63,868 bases of DNA, filler included, from Octopus bimaculoides (GCF_001194135.2; 5 parts of 5 records of this genome joined end to end with filler, not necessarily neighbours in it); one strand, 5' to 3'. Shown: positions 49,531-63,504, counted from the whole stretch's first letter. A program made the numbers and translations. The notes: generated by a model from the sequence alone, not told the origin.

Positions 49531-50147
49531 CATACGCAGGCATATTTAATGCGTGTGTGAGAGAGGCTGATTGTATGTGTGTCTGTTTGGCAAACGACGC
49601 CAAAAACATAACTCTAAACCTCTCATATTAACATTATTCCTATCTTCAAAAGAGCAGTCTATGACTGGCTACTAGCTTCAGCTTGGAGCTGTTGTCTTAC
49701 ACAATAGAAGAACATCCAAAACATTTTTGGCATAGATTCTATGAGAATAATCACGGAATATATGTAAGGCTACTTGAATGGTCATTGAAAAATTTATGAT
49801 TGAACCGAGACAATAACTAAGAAACGGGCGTAATTGTGGAAAAGACCAGAGACACTTCAAAGACTTGCAGGAAGAGATTTCTTTCTCGTTGAGTGGGAGT
49901 TAAATCTACTTTGGATCTTTAATTCTATATTACTACCGTTCTTGATTATTTACATTTTTCTTTATCATTAGATCTACATATACATAGATGCACACATACA
50001 CACACACGCGAGCACACTCATATACATGTGTATGTGTGTGCGTGTGTGTTATAAATATATACATACACACACTCACACACATATATAGGGGGAGAATTCA
50101 CAAAAAAGCAAAAGACGAAGAGAGATGATGTAGACAACATGTGTGCA

Positions 50148-50193
<46 letters not shown>

Positions 50194-50198
50194 CTATA

Positions 50199-51452
50199 CA
50201 GGGTGCGAGGGGTATTTGGGGACATTTCGTGTTTAGTTCATTACACTTCAAATTATTTAATGTATCATTTTTTTTCAGATAACCCTTTCAAGATATCATG
50301 CTAACTGAAGAAATGAAAAGACATGCAGTCATAGTTGCTATACATGCAAACCTCAGTGATTTAGAAATTAGCAACTTTCTAAACGTTGCATGATCATGTG
50401 TACACAAAGTTCGGTTGGAATTGGAGGCATATGATGATAATGTTTCACCAGTATCAAAGAGAAAAAAAACATTCACAACGCTGACATATTTAAAGGATAA
50501 CGGAATTTACACATGTTCAAAACATTATCGAGGAAAACTCCAGAAGATCAATGAGGTCCATTACTAAGTAACTTCGGTTGTCAGAGTGGACTATCATACC
50601 TGTGGTACATCGTGACATTCGATACAAGTCCTATTTAATGAGGAAAGACCAATTCGTGTCTGCAAAGACACAGGAAAACTGTCTCATCCGTTCAAAACGG
50701 TTACTTAAAGTTAAAAACCCTCATGAATAAGGCATGCTTTGGTTTTTCTCTGACGAAAAAACTTTGACCAGGATCAAGAGTCTAACAGAAGAAATGACAT
50801 GTGGTTATGTGCAGACCCTACTGAAGTACCCAGAGTGATGCACATGAAATTTCCAGCTACTATGATGGTTTTGGGAGTAGTGAGTAACGAATGTCATGTG
50901 ATGCCTCCCCACTTTTTTCTACAGGGTCTTAGAATTAATGCTGCTGGATACATTGAGGTACTGGAGACTGTCAAGTCCTGGATTGATGAGGTATGCAATG
51001 GAAGGCCATACGTGTTTCAACAAGACTCAGCACCTTCTCACAAAGCCCTAGTCACCCAAGAATGGTTGTTAGACAATCTTACGATTATGTAACACCCAAT
51101 ATGTGGCCTTCGAACTCGCTAGATTTGAACCCCAATTACTACTACGTGTGGAGCATTATTGAAATGGAGACTAATCGTCATCCTCATAATACCATAGCTT
51201 CACTGAAGGTCGCCATTGTCCAGGTAATATCCGAAATGAATAAGGACAATATAGTGTCAGTATGCCAGCTGTTTCGGTCCCGCATTGAAGCAGTCATCGA
51301 AGCCAAAGACGGTTTCATAGAATAGTTTGCTTAAAAACTCTTTATCAAGACTAATTGCACAAATGTTTATTCAAATATATATTTATGTATGCTGAAATAT
51401 AGTTGTTTTATTGTATACAAAATCTGTCCTCAAATACCCCAAACTCACCCGT
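50199..51452 (+). mobile_element. Near full-length Tc1/mariner element, DD37D (maT-like), decayed
   Basis: TA|CAGGGTG..GGGGTATTTG(G/A)GGACA TIRs at both ends. Disrupted ORF 50298-51325 with FSDEK, VFQQDSAPSH and WPSNSLDLNP. 37 residues from the second D to the mutated third D position. Confidence 0.85.
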
Positions 51453-52451
51453 CCTTTGGACAGGTTAAGTTGCATAGGTAGTATTATTTTCACCAAATAA
51501 TTGAACTACCGAGAAGGTTTACGAATAGCACGCAATCTATGCTTCCGATTAACCTAGGAAAGGAAAATCAAATTGAAGGCTGGTTATTGTGGAGGTCGAT
51601 GCATTTTAATGATCATAGAACATATAAGTTTGCAAGCAATGCAAAGTAGAGCTACTGAAGCATTTTGGGAGTAGATTATGGATAATGACTACAAAATATA
51701 GTTGTTTTACATGAAAGCGAAATTTCTTGTCAGAAACAACCATATAAATGGTGTAATGAAATTGACGGATATTTAGCTTCATCATGAACCATGATTGCGA
51801 GTAAATTTATTTGATAGCATTTAATCTTGACTCGGTAAATTCCTTAAATCACTTCCAGCTTAAGAAAGAGCTACTATGCAGTTACTTGATTTGTTAGAAA
51901 TTGTAAATTAGACTTTACCGACTGTTAAAAAACCAAAAACAATACACATGAGACAAAGTTTTCTGAGATATACTATGCCCGGAAAAAAATTGCTATTGAA
52001 TATATTTGAACATAAAACTACACCATCGGAATCATATTGGTGCTTATATAACCAGAACAACAATAGCAACATTTAACAAACAAACCCTTTATCATGTAGT
52101 TAAATCTTCTTTCCTCTTAGAATGTATCCTTCGTTTCTGGTTCTCACCTGATGTAAGTAGTAGTGCTAATCTGTTAACCAGCACCGCCCAGCGCAGAGAT
52201 ATCGTTAACGAAACTACTCTCTTGTAGACATTTGGTTCAGAAGTTCAGTCTGAATATAACTTATTTTCTCCGATTTGTCTCAGAAGCCTTAACTCTTAAA
52301 TTATCACATGGCACACTCTTCGCCAAAATCCTTTGATGCAACAGCTTCGAGCAAAGTCACACGCTTCGTCATATATCTCATCAATGCAGAATTCCGTAGA
52401 GACGTGCTATGAAGGAGAAACAAGTCTTTGATAATAATCTGACTTTATATA

Positions 52452-53204
52452 CAGGTTTTCCTCTGAAATTCAACGTCAACAACTTCAATTTCATCATTAC
52501 CAGCATCAATTTCTTTATCTCGATCAATTTTCGTCTATCTCGATATCAAAATCATCAATTTAATTTCGTCATCATCAATTTGAATGTCATCAACAGTAGA
52601 ATGAAACAATTTTTTTTTTACGATCAGACTCTGAAATCAGTGATTACTTGCATAAAATTGTGAATGAATGTAAATAATAAAACGTTATATGAAGGAGTAC
52701 ATGATTTATGTAATAGAAATTGTCGCACCAAACATTTACGTTAATATATTGATACCAAGCTGCTTTTGATTACCGAGTGTGATCTCTTTAGGATTTTCGG
52801 AAGAGAATTAAAAAAAGGGAATAATGAATGAAAGGTTGAACTGGTAATATTTGGGTATTTTTGGTTTTGTTGTGTTGTGTATGTATATATTATATGTAGT
52901 CTTACACTTAAAGCATTATATGTAAGTATATTAAAAATAATTTTACGTGCGACAATTTTTAGCATACAAAACGTGCAATCTTTTATACAACTTTTAATGT
53001 CTGTATTTTTGTTACAATTCTCCGACACCCAGTCACTGGTATCAATATCTGCTCACAAAAGATGTGGTGACATTTACGTTGACGATGAGGAAACGGAATT
53101 CGTGACAATGTAAATGTAGATAAACAGAGGTTGACGCTGAAGAATTCGAGGTTGACGTTGACTAGATAGAGATTGGTAATGACGAAATTGAGAGGGAAGC
53201 CGTG
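52452..53204. mobile_element. TA-flanked non-autonomous element with long degenerate inverted ends
   Basis: TA|CAGGTTTTCCTCTGAAATT... and ...AATTGAGAGGGAAGCCGTG|TA. Repeated aatttcgtc/aacgtcaac motifs lie in opposite orientation at the two ends. Confidence 0.45.
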
Positions 53205-54723
53205 TAACGGGAAAATAGCAGGTTTCTCATTTCGATCCAAAGCCTTATATACCTATAAATTTCCCTAAGGAAAGAAAAAACACTAAAAAGTCATTTCTTA
53301 TTGAAATAATTTAAAATAAAATTTTAAACTAACGAACAAGTGAAAAAAACAAGTGAACAAACTAACGTGCAAACAAGTGAAAAAACATTCAATGCATAGC
53401 AAGTTCGGGGTTTTGGAAAAGCGTGAGACTAGCTCAACTGACTCAGCAATCCTTGACCGAGAATATATCATATTTTCTACACAGTATGAATCGTATTCGA
53501 AAAAAATTATGTCCATTTCTTCCTCACAACTTTATACCAGTGAAAGAGAATTCGTGCAATACATATATGCATAACATAAAGAAATATATACGTGTGTGTG
53601 TGTGTGCATATACACATCCACATATACACACATACACACACCTGTATATATATATCATATATATATATGCATACTCATGTACATATATGTTCAGTTATAG
53701 CTAGGTAAGGATATACATGTGTCTATGTATATATATACATATATATNNNNNNNNNNNNNNNNNNNNNNNNNNNNNNNNNNNNNNNNNNNNNNNNNNNNNN
53801 NNNNNNNNNNNNNNNNNNNNNNNNNNNNNNNNNNNNNNNNNNNNNNNNNNNNNNNNNNNNNNNNNNNNNNNNNNNNNNNNNNNNNNNNNNNNNNNNNNNN
53901 NNNNNNNNNNNNNNNNNNNNNNNNNNNNNNNNNNNNNNNNNNNNNNNNNNNNNNNNNNNNNNNNNNNNNNNNNNNNNNNNNNNNNNNNNNNNNNNNNNNN
54001 NNNNNNNNNNNNNNNNNNNNNNNNNNNNNNNNNNNNNNNNNNNNNNNNNNNNNNNNNNNNNNNNNNNNNNNNNNNNNNNNNNNNNNNNNNNNNNNNNNNN
54101 NNNNNNNTATATATTGTATAATGGAAGTGTTGATAGCATTAACACTTTGTGGAGAAGTCGGCTGAAATATCTTAGTGATACAGAAGACACTAATTATCCT
54201 ATTGCAGTGAATTCTAGTTGAATGGTTCGCTTTTATATTATGGTATATATTGGCTAGTCTTCTCCTCTTTAAATCAAAGAACCGCGCGCGCATAATTTTT
54301 GTGGGTATATGTAATAGACTTATCAGTATAAGTCTTTGTGTGTGTATGTATATATATGCATATATACATATATATGTATGTATATGTTCATATAAGTGCA
54401 TATATGTGTATACATATGTACATATGTACCGGTACTTACATATGTGTGCGTGCATATGTGTACACTCACACACATGTGTGTGCATATACTTATACATATA
54501 TGCATGTATCATTTGGTCGCATATGTGTGCATCGTGTATGCGGATGTAACGGGAATGGTGCTCACACTTTGCAAAACTTGTTTTCTACGCTATCAACTTT
54601 ATGTATGAAGAGAAGAGATAGCGAATATTGCAGGGCTATTAGAGATCGATAGATCGACTGATAATATAAGATCAGTGAGTGGTAAACAATTTGACAGAAA
54701 TCGTCTTGAAATAGCAGCTTTAC

Positions 54724-54737
54724 CTTTTATCCGCCAT
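54724..54737 (-). CDS. Speculative first coding exon (MADK..) possibly of the CIMIP1-like gene
   Basis: ATG GCG GAT AAA AG|gtaaag on the minus strand in the same scaffold piece. No linking middle exon found; one could lie in the gap 53747-54107. Confidence 0.2.
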
Positions 54738-54757
54738 AAATACTTTATATTAGATTT

Positions 54758-54816
<59 letters not shown>

Positions 54817-55429
54817 ACATACACACACACATATGTATATACATATATATATATGTACGTATATATATGTACGTACAAATGTATGTATGCATCTATTTAT
54901 GTATACATATATATATAATGTAAATTACATTCCTTCTAAGTTAGTGTGGCTTCTCATACGGATTGATTAAACTTTAACATAATTAAGTATTCTAGGAGCA
55001 GCGAAAGTTGTTATGAATAACAGCATGGGAATCATCAAAAATCTTTGCTCGATTATGTCATTGTTCTGCGATCGAATCTGACCTTGACTTTCATTTCTCC
55101 TTGATCTGCCTTTTATTTCAGAGCTTTTTTTAAAAAAATAAGGAATAATAGTATATTGTTTGCTATTTAGTGACATATGTTAATAGTATGAACATTAGTA
55201 TATTACTATCGATCTTTATTTATCTTCTATTGAAGACGTAAAAGTTTGCTTTTGGAGAATTCGAACGTAGAATCCAGAAGAACAGAACTAAAGATTGTAA
55301 AACATAGGCAGCATTTTGCTCAATACTCTTCTGTACCCTCCAACTCACTACTCTAGTAAAGGCGCGTGGCTTAGTGGTCAGGGGAAGTGGCTCACGATTG
55401 TATGGCGCTGCGTTGTGTCCTTAAGAAAG

Positions 55430-57300
55430 GTCACGAAGTGCTGGTGAAACAGCAGCCCAACGAGAGGTACAGTGGTTGATCAAAACATAAGGATACTCCT
55501 ACCAGCGAACTAGGCGACTATTAAGGTCTAAAATCACTTCACCTTGCCTGTTGGGGTCACATGGCTTGTCGATGAATGGGACTTAGTGGCTAGACTGAGC
55601 AGCTAGTAGAACTTTCGCATATCATCGATCGAGGCAGTTCGCTCAATGTCTGTAGCAATCGAGAGCCAGAAAGAATTTCATTCTTCTCGCGCGGAGCGAG
55701 CAGTTAGTCTTCTGAGGTGGCGGTAGTCATCAGAGACATTCATACGAGCTTGCTTGGTTTTCTCTCCCAGCTCTATTGTAACACTCGAGATCCAGTCTTT
55801 ACGCCGGCGTTTGGTGACGCCAAGATGTTTCTTAGCCACCTCTTTGACGTTGTGTTTGGACAACTACCACATGCTTTCTATCGGTACTTCCGCTTCGTGA
55901 AGGGCTTCTCATCCATCAAACCAGTTTTACATATCAACACGCAAGATGTTAGCAGTGTTCTGACACTTCAGCTTAGAAATGTCGTACCTGAATGGTCGAT
56001 CTGACTTATTCGCTTTCAGGCGAATCCTAAGTGTTGCACAGAATCTAGTGTATCTGGTTTGCCATTACGCCATCGGTTGAGTACCAGGTAAGCAAACGAT
56101 GCGTGGGATGCTGAAAGCGAGTGTCCATAGCACCCAGCCAGTTGGATGCTGCGAAGCCAACCAAGCGATCGCCATTTGCACAGTGTTACCGAAAATGGGC
56201 TCAGAATGCCACGAAAGTTCTGATCACCCCTGCCCGTACAGACATTCCAATCATATGCGACATCAAATAGATCGAGCGAAGGGACACGGTCACCAGCTGC
56301 TTAGAATCTGTCGTGCAAGTCATCTTTCGTCCGACCTTCAGCGTTCAGGGTGGGCACATACTCTGCAAGCATAGTGATATTGTAGATCGACCCTTTAAGG
56401 CGGCTATGGGCGAGGCGTGGAGAGATCGGCTCCAAAGCTATGAGAGCTCTTGGCTCGGCTACTGGGTCTCTCACTCCACTGAGGTAGAGGTGATAGCTGT
56501 CCCAAATTGAGGGACCCTGCTACTGCTGCCAGGATACCGCACTTTTGTTTGACATGCGACGTCTCCGTTGTACTCATGTAGAGTTGTCATCGCTAGTGTT
56601 TTGGTTGCAGCCCAAAAATCCAGTTTGCAAATTTGACAAATGCCCCACTTGAAGAGCAAGTGTGTTGAAGAGCTCGCACGCCATAGCTTTAGTCGTCATT
56701 CTGTTGAGGTGTAGAGTTCATGTTCGGAGTTTCAGTGGGAATAACAAGTTCACATGTGGTCCCCGGTCGCATATGTACACATTTTGGGATAGTCTGATCC
56801 GTAGTAGCTCATCATGCAGTCGATTGTCGACTGTTGCAAAGAGCTCGCTGACCAAATTAGTGCCGATTATCGGAGCAGATGTAGCCTGGGCTTGAAATGC
56901 GTTCTAAAGACATGCTTTAACAAAAGAGGTGCCACACTCCGAGCACGCCGAGCACCAACCCGGAATTTCTGAGTGATCGTGAAATTACTAGATAGTCGTT
57001 GAACCTACACTAGTTTCATCAGTCCTTTTTGACAGGTTTTCTTTTTAGTCCTGCTAGGTTTCTAAAACGCTCTTCACCAGGCAAGCCTAATGGAGGCGCT
57101 GATTTAATCGCCGCCGACCCGACCATACAACAAGTCGCACTGGATCCCATGTTACCAGTAGCACTCATGAGAGACCACACAAGTGACCTGAACCTTATCA
57201 CATGAATGTGCTGGAAATTAACTCACTCACTCTATCAAATCGGCATTGTCTGTACAGGTACATGGTGCGCTAGACGTCTGATGTCGAAGTAATCGCAGAG
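55430..57300 (-). mobile_element. RTE-clade LINE 5' portion (5'UTR, APE endonuclease, linker), decayed
   Basis: NGDRLVGFAASNWLGAMDTRFQHPTHRLLTWYSTDGVMANQI, then LGVTKRRRKDWIS..T and AREE*NSFW...DMRKFY. Confidence 0.8.
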
Positions 57301-57392
57301 CAACTCAAAATGAGGAGTTTTGCTCAAGGACACATTGCAAGATTACACAGCACTGCACGGTACGGAGCACCCTAACCACTAGGCCACGCGCC
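57300..57392 (-). mobile_element. tRNA-derived SINE-type head directly upstream of the RTE remnant
   Basis: gcgcgtggcctagtggttaggg (A box)...gtgtccttgagcaa, shared with SINE heads at 26818, 55361 and 63840. Confidence 0.65.
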
Positions 57393-58683
57393 CTCACACA
57401 CACATATACACACATACACACACACAACACACACCCATACATTATATGTATGTATATATATATATATATNNNNNNNNNNNNNNNNNNNNNNNNNNNNNNN
57501 NNNNNNNNNNNNNNNNNNNNNNNNNNNNNNNNNNNNNNNNNNNNNNNNNNNNNNNNNNNNNNNNNNNNNNNNNNNNNNNNNNNNNNNNNNNNNNNNNNNN
57601 NNNNNNNNNNNNNNNNNNNNNNNNNNNNNNNNNNNNNNNNNNNNNNNNNNNNNNNNNNNNNNNNNNNNNNNNNNNNNNNNNNNNNNNNNNNNNNNNNNNN
57701 NNNNNNNNNNNNNNNNNNNNNNNNNNNNNNNNNNNNNNNNNNNNNNNNNNNNNNNNNNNNNNNNNNNNNNNNNNNNNNNNATATATATATATATATATAT
57801 ATATACATACATACATACATACATACATGTGTTTGTCTTTGTATGTGAGTGCCCTTGTGTCTGCTTGACAACCGTCGTTGGTGAGTTTATGTACCCGTAA
57901 ACTAACGGTTTAGCAAAAGAGACAGATAGAATAAATCCTAGGCTTTTTTTCAACTAAAAAATCCCCTTCAAGGCGGTACTCCAGCATGGCTACAGTCAAA
58001 TGACTGAAACAAGTTAAAGAATAAAAGAATAAATAAATATTTATTCTGAAAATGTCTGATGCTTTGTGCAGAAGTACAGAAGGAAAATATATCATTCATT
58101 CTTTGCTCCCTTCTCGAAATATGCAATATACAAAAATAAAAAGTAATCAAACTGAAAACCACAAAATAAATAGACAATGAAAGACAAACCCAGAAACAAA
58201 TAATGTTTTGTTGTTTTGTGAGGTTTTTTTTTTTTCCAGATTCAGCAGACAAATTTGTAGAAATAACCATTTTATTGTATTTAGCGGAATGGTGAAGTAA
58301 TGTGCTAAAAATATAAGATACCTGGATAATGAAGAAAATGACAGTTACATGAATCGTGGATCCACACCGAAGATATTTTAGTATAACAACTCGAAATTGA
58401 TTTTCGGTGCAATGTGAAATATACAATAGATTTAGAAATACTTGATTGCTGCTTTTGTTTCCAATTTTTGTAAAAAGTAAAGCAATTTTAGAGAACTTTC
58501 TGGAACAACGGTTGTAGTAGTTATGTTATCTAATATTTTTTTTTACTTTGTTGTATTTGTAATAGAACATGTATTTGTTGTGTAGAGAGAGTAGAAAACA
58601 TGTGCTATTGTGTATGTTTGTGCGTGTGTGTGTGTGTGAGGGTATCTGCGTTTGTATGCATGTAGAGAGGGATGGAATGTGAT

Positions 58684-58748
<65 letters not shown>

Positions 58749-60009
58749 TCGATATAATCGTGCAATAAGTTTCTTCCGATAATGCATGCGCAATGATATC
58801 CAGTAACCAACCCGAACTAAGTGTCCATAGCCGGACTACAGTTTATGCACATCCATGCATGAATTACCTGCAGCTTTTTTAGAGCCTATGCTTCAGGTTT
58901 TGGGGGCTTTTTCTTCTTTTTTTTAGTTAGTTAAAAGTCTTCATTCAATCATCATTGCCTTTTTTAATATTAAATGCACATTCTGTTAATAACTGCTTTG
59001 TAATATTTCATCTTATAGTTGGCTGCTTTAAATTTTTCCGTGTGTAGATTTTAGAAAAATTCAGAAAAAAAATGGATATTTTTTTAATGAAATTTTCAGC
59101 AAATACCTTTCAGAGTGTGTAGATTACGATTAGACAGCAATTTGTAGTGAAAAAAAATTTCCGAATGGCGGGGAGAGTAGTTTATGAAAATTCCCACGTT
59201 TCGGCTCATAACTTTCAGAAAAACGAATGAAATGTTCTACAAATACATGCCAAAGTGACTGCATTACTATCATAACGGAATTTGAAGTGAAAAAATATCG
59301 GGGGCTTGCACACATATTTACTGCAACACATCACACATCTACAAAGCGAAACGTGAAATTCCGTAAAAATTGTGACGTTTGTCAGTATGTATGTATGCGT
59401 ACTCACCATTTTTCTTTACACAGCGAATCCCGATATAATCGTAATTTACACTGTTTGAAAAGTATTTCTAAATTTCATGTAAAAATACCTATTTTTCCGA
59501 TAGTAATTTTTCCGAAATTCTTCCACACACACATCGGGAGACTTTTTCCATAACAAATTCCGGTATAATCGAAATCTACACCATTTGAATCATATTTGTA
59601 AAAACCTTCATTTATCAAATACCCATTTTTCTGAAGATTATTGAGGAACCAAAGTCGGTGGAGCACATTTGTATATGTGTACCCTTTGCTTTAACATAAG
59701 TACTGCATTGTTATATGTACATATCTGCTTGCTTCGCTTCACTTTCATTTTGTATGTAACACAATTTGGTTATATAACTCCATGTTATATATTAACAAAC
59801 AACACACATTTTTCGTTCAGTTTTTATCAAAAAGGCTATAATAATGTGAATGAGATGGGCTTCATTTTTTTTCTTACACATAAAGGAAGATAGGATGGCA
59901 TATATATATTATATTATATTATTATATTATATTATATTATATTATATTACATTATATTTGTGTGTGCGCGTGTGCTATTGATAACGCCTAAAACAAGATA
60001 CTTCTCTCC

Positions 60010-60545
60010 AATTCACCTTGGTGAATATAGCTTTGGCTAGAAGGAATTGATGTTATTCGACGGTATCCAACGGTCATCGAGTATTTCGACCCTGAACCGT
60101 AACACCTTCCCGTTGGTGAATCAGTAGAAGTGGCCAAACCACTGCTCGTCATGTACACCTGCCTTTCACCTTAACTTGCTTCTCTCCTTGCTCCATAACT
60201 GGCAAGAAGCCCTTTCTGCTGTTTTACCGTCATGCACACAGCTACCATTCACCCGCTTCACTCTCTTCACTCCATACAGACTGAGCAGGGAATCTCCAGC
60301 ATCGACCGGGAATAACTATGACAGCCATCCCCTCTCCTTGCAATCCTGCCGAAGGCTCCCATGCTTGACACTTCTGTTGAAAGACTTCCTCAGACCATTC
60401 CTCCTACATAATTACCGTTTCAAATCATAAAACTACATCTGGCCTCGGGTTGTTAGAGAACTGCAATCTTTCTCACAGATCTACTTTCACATCCCATGAT
60501 TAGGTCACATGTAGTAGATTATTTGACCTATTTGCTGTTTTCACT
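60010..60545 (+). mobile_element. Degenerate APE endonuclease remnant
   Basis: LLFYRH... and LFDLF motifs in APE-like order. Many stops. Confidence 0.35.
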
Positions 60546-60574
60546 GGCTTTTCTCTTTCATTCACGAACTTGAT

Positions 60575-61060
60575 TATTGGTGTTGTTTTCCTCTGCTGAT
60601 GGTGTGGACGAGTTTTGCAAACACCTTGTCATGGTACCACTTGCATCTCCCTCGAATAAGTTCTATTTTGCACCTCGACAGTATGTGTGTCAAGGTGCCT
60701 CTTTTCTACAGTCTTCACAGCTGGTTCCCTTCCAAACCCCCATCTGTACTAGATTGTTGGAATTGTGTGTCATACACCAGCAGCTGCAGGAGGGTTTTAG
60801 CCTTCACAAGTCTGTCCATGTAACCTAACTTTTCAGGGTGTCCCATTTAGTCCAGGTTCACTGACATACCAGCTCAACAGCTCTTGTCCGTCTTCTTTCG
60901 TCCTCCTGGTTCCGTTCTTTTGTCTGATTCATTGCTCTCCTTTCCTTGACATGTTTTCTTCCATTGTTGGAAAAAGGAAAGAACTGAGACCCTGCCGTCT
61001 TGTGCCTGTAATTCCAATGATGTCGTGTAGGTTCAGCATTTTTTCAACCTGCAAAGATGT
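60575..61060 (-). mobile_element. HERO-like RLE non-LTR retrotransposon fragment
   Basis: EKMLNLHDIIG..GTRRQGL...EDERRRTRAVEL..Q*TWTKWD...VYDT...C..C...C...GRCKWYHDKV. Confidence 0.72.
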
Positions 61061-61089
61061 TGAAGTAGATAAAAGGCTGGTTGATGGAC

Positions 61090-61740
61090 GAAAATCTGAA
61101 ACGGCCAACTGAATTGCTAATTATAGCTACTTAGGAACAAGCTACGTAGACAAATTTGACAAAAGTAAAGATTGATGAAGCTCAGTCGGAGAGCACAGCA
61201 GGATCTGTGGGAAATGGGCCGAAATATTAACCATTTCGAAAATGGATATAGTAATCTAGCACAAAAAGAATATAAGCGCATGTATGACTGCGTCGCTAAA
61301 AGAGTGCATTGGGACGTTAATCATGAGTGCGGATTCAAAGAAGTAGAAAGGTAGTATGGACACCACGAGATAGAGAAAAATAACTGCAGAATTTTATGGG
61401 ACTTCTGGATAAAGACTGACAATACTAGTAAAGCAAGAAGGCTAGATATGATTGTAGAGTACAAAAAAAATCAAAGAGTATAAGATCATAGACTTTGCAA
61501 TACAATATGATGATAGAGTTGATATGAAATGAATTGAGAAAATTGAGAAATATCACACCTGAGATACGAAGAGATTGTCTGAGACTAAGACGATAATTGT
61601 CCTTGTGGTAATTGGTACACTTGACACTACGGCTAGAGGATACTGAAATTGAGACTCGCATTCTCAACCAGGACAAAAGAGCAATCTTGTATTCCGCAAG
61701 AATCTCAAGAAAGATTCTTAAGATTTAAAGGGACTTGTTG
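61090..61740 (+). mobile_element. R4/Dong-like zinc knuckle plus RLE remnant
   Basis: NLAQKEYKRMYDCVAKRVHW...ILWDFWIKTD...RRLDMIV...IIDFA...EKIEKY...VVIGTL...AILYSARI.RKIL. Confidence 0.78.
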
Positions 61741-61915
61741 CCAAATCTCAAAACAGCATTCCAACTAATATAGCATACCTATTATAGGCACAAGACCTGC
61801 AATTTTGGGAAAGGGTATAGTCAATTACTTATTTCATCAACCCCGAAAGACTGAAAGGCAAAGTATACTCCGACAGTATTTGAACTCAGAACATAAAGCT
61901 GGAAGAAATACGGCT

Positions 61916-61916
<1 letters not shown>

Positions 61917-62013
<97 letters not shown>

Positions 62014-62031
62014 AATAATAATAATAATAAT

Positions 62032-62124
<93 letters not shown>
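61917..62124. repeat. Compound (TAA)n(CAA)n(TAA)n(CAA)n(TAA)n microsatellite
   Basis: Directly visible. Confidence 0.95.
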
Positions 62125-62344
62125 NNNNNNNNNNNNNNNNNNNNNNNNNNNNNNNNNNNNNNNNNNNNTTAATTAATTAANNNNNNNNNNNNNNNNNNNN
62201 NNNNNNNNNNNNNNNNNNNNNNNNTGCCGCTAAGCATTATACCCGGCGTGCTAACGATTCTGCCAGCTCGCCGCGTGGAAAACAACAACAGCAACAACAA
62301 CAATGATAATAATAATAATCCTATTTCAGACCAATAACGTGCCT

Positions 62345-63225
62345 TATGCTAATGTAGCAACAAATGTCACGTGTATTGCCTGGTGAACTAAAATAGATAC
62401 GTGCAAAACGGTGGGATGCTATATACTGAACAGAAAGGGTGCCGAAAGAGGAGCCGAGTTAACAAAGGATCAGCTCTTAATGGATAATCTAATTATTTGG
62501 AACTGCAAGAGAAGGCACACAGACTTGATCATGGCATGAGTTGACTATCGTAAAGCATACGATATGATGCCACACTCCTGGATAATGGAAACAGAGGAAA
62601 CGTATGGAGTAGCAGAAGATATGAGAATCTTGTATGGAATAGCATGAAATGATGGAGAACGAAATCGACAGCAGGGAATCAAATATTAGGAGAGATGAAG
62701 ATTAAAAGAGGTATCTGCCAGGGGAACATTGTGTCCTCACTGATTTTCGTGCTGGGAATGAACCCCTTGAGTGAAATACTACAGAAAACAAAGTTGGGAT
62801 AAGATCTGGGAAACGGTAAGGTAAAACTGAACCACTTGCTATTTATGGACGACCTGAAGCCATCCAGACACTGATCGCCTATATATGAAGAGAGCAAATG
62901 GAGGAAGGGGACTGACGAGTGTGGAAGACTGTGTGCATATCGAGAGTTTAATGAGATACGTAGCCCAAAGTAAAGAAAACTTGCTAGTAACAGTTAGGAA
63001 GGAGGGAGTATTGAGATCAGAGAAAAAAAAGGAAAAATAAAGAAAGAAGTGCAAAAAAAGGACATGAAGAATCACGCAAGAAGGGACGACACGATCAATT
63101 CCAAGGGGCCACAACAGAAGTTGCTAGATAAAATAGGTGGGATCTGCTGATGGAAGGTACAATAAAAAATGAGACCGAGAGCACGATGCTGGCAGCGCAG
63201 AACCAAACTCTGGTCACGAACTGCA
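62345..63225 (+). mobile_element. R4/Dong-like reverse transcriptase remnant with internal deletions
   Basis: VDYRKAYDMMPHSWI, IKRGICQG..SSLIFV, LNHLLFMDDLK, KNETESTMLAAQNQTL. Confidence 0.82.
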
Positions 63226-63381
63226 ACTATTTTTTCGTTTTCTGAAAAAGCAAAGTTTTGGACTTACGACGCTTTGCATAATAGCAACGATATGTAAGTA
63301 TATATTTTGTACATCAAACCTAAGCGTGTTTATCTACATATCTACATATATAGATATGTATATATATATGCNNNNNNNNNN

Positions 63382-63442
<61 letters not shown>

Positions 63443-63504
63443 GTGTGTGTGAATGTGTATATATATATATATACATATATACGTATATATGTATGTATAT
63501 ATAG

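Noticed and set aside
52121-52152. 32-nt micro-exon candidate (cttag|...|gtaagt)
   Set aside because: Good splice-like signals but no assignable protein, and it does not match the missing WDR83 or CIMIP1 segments.
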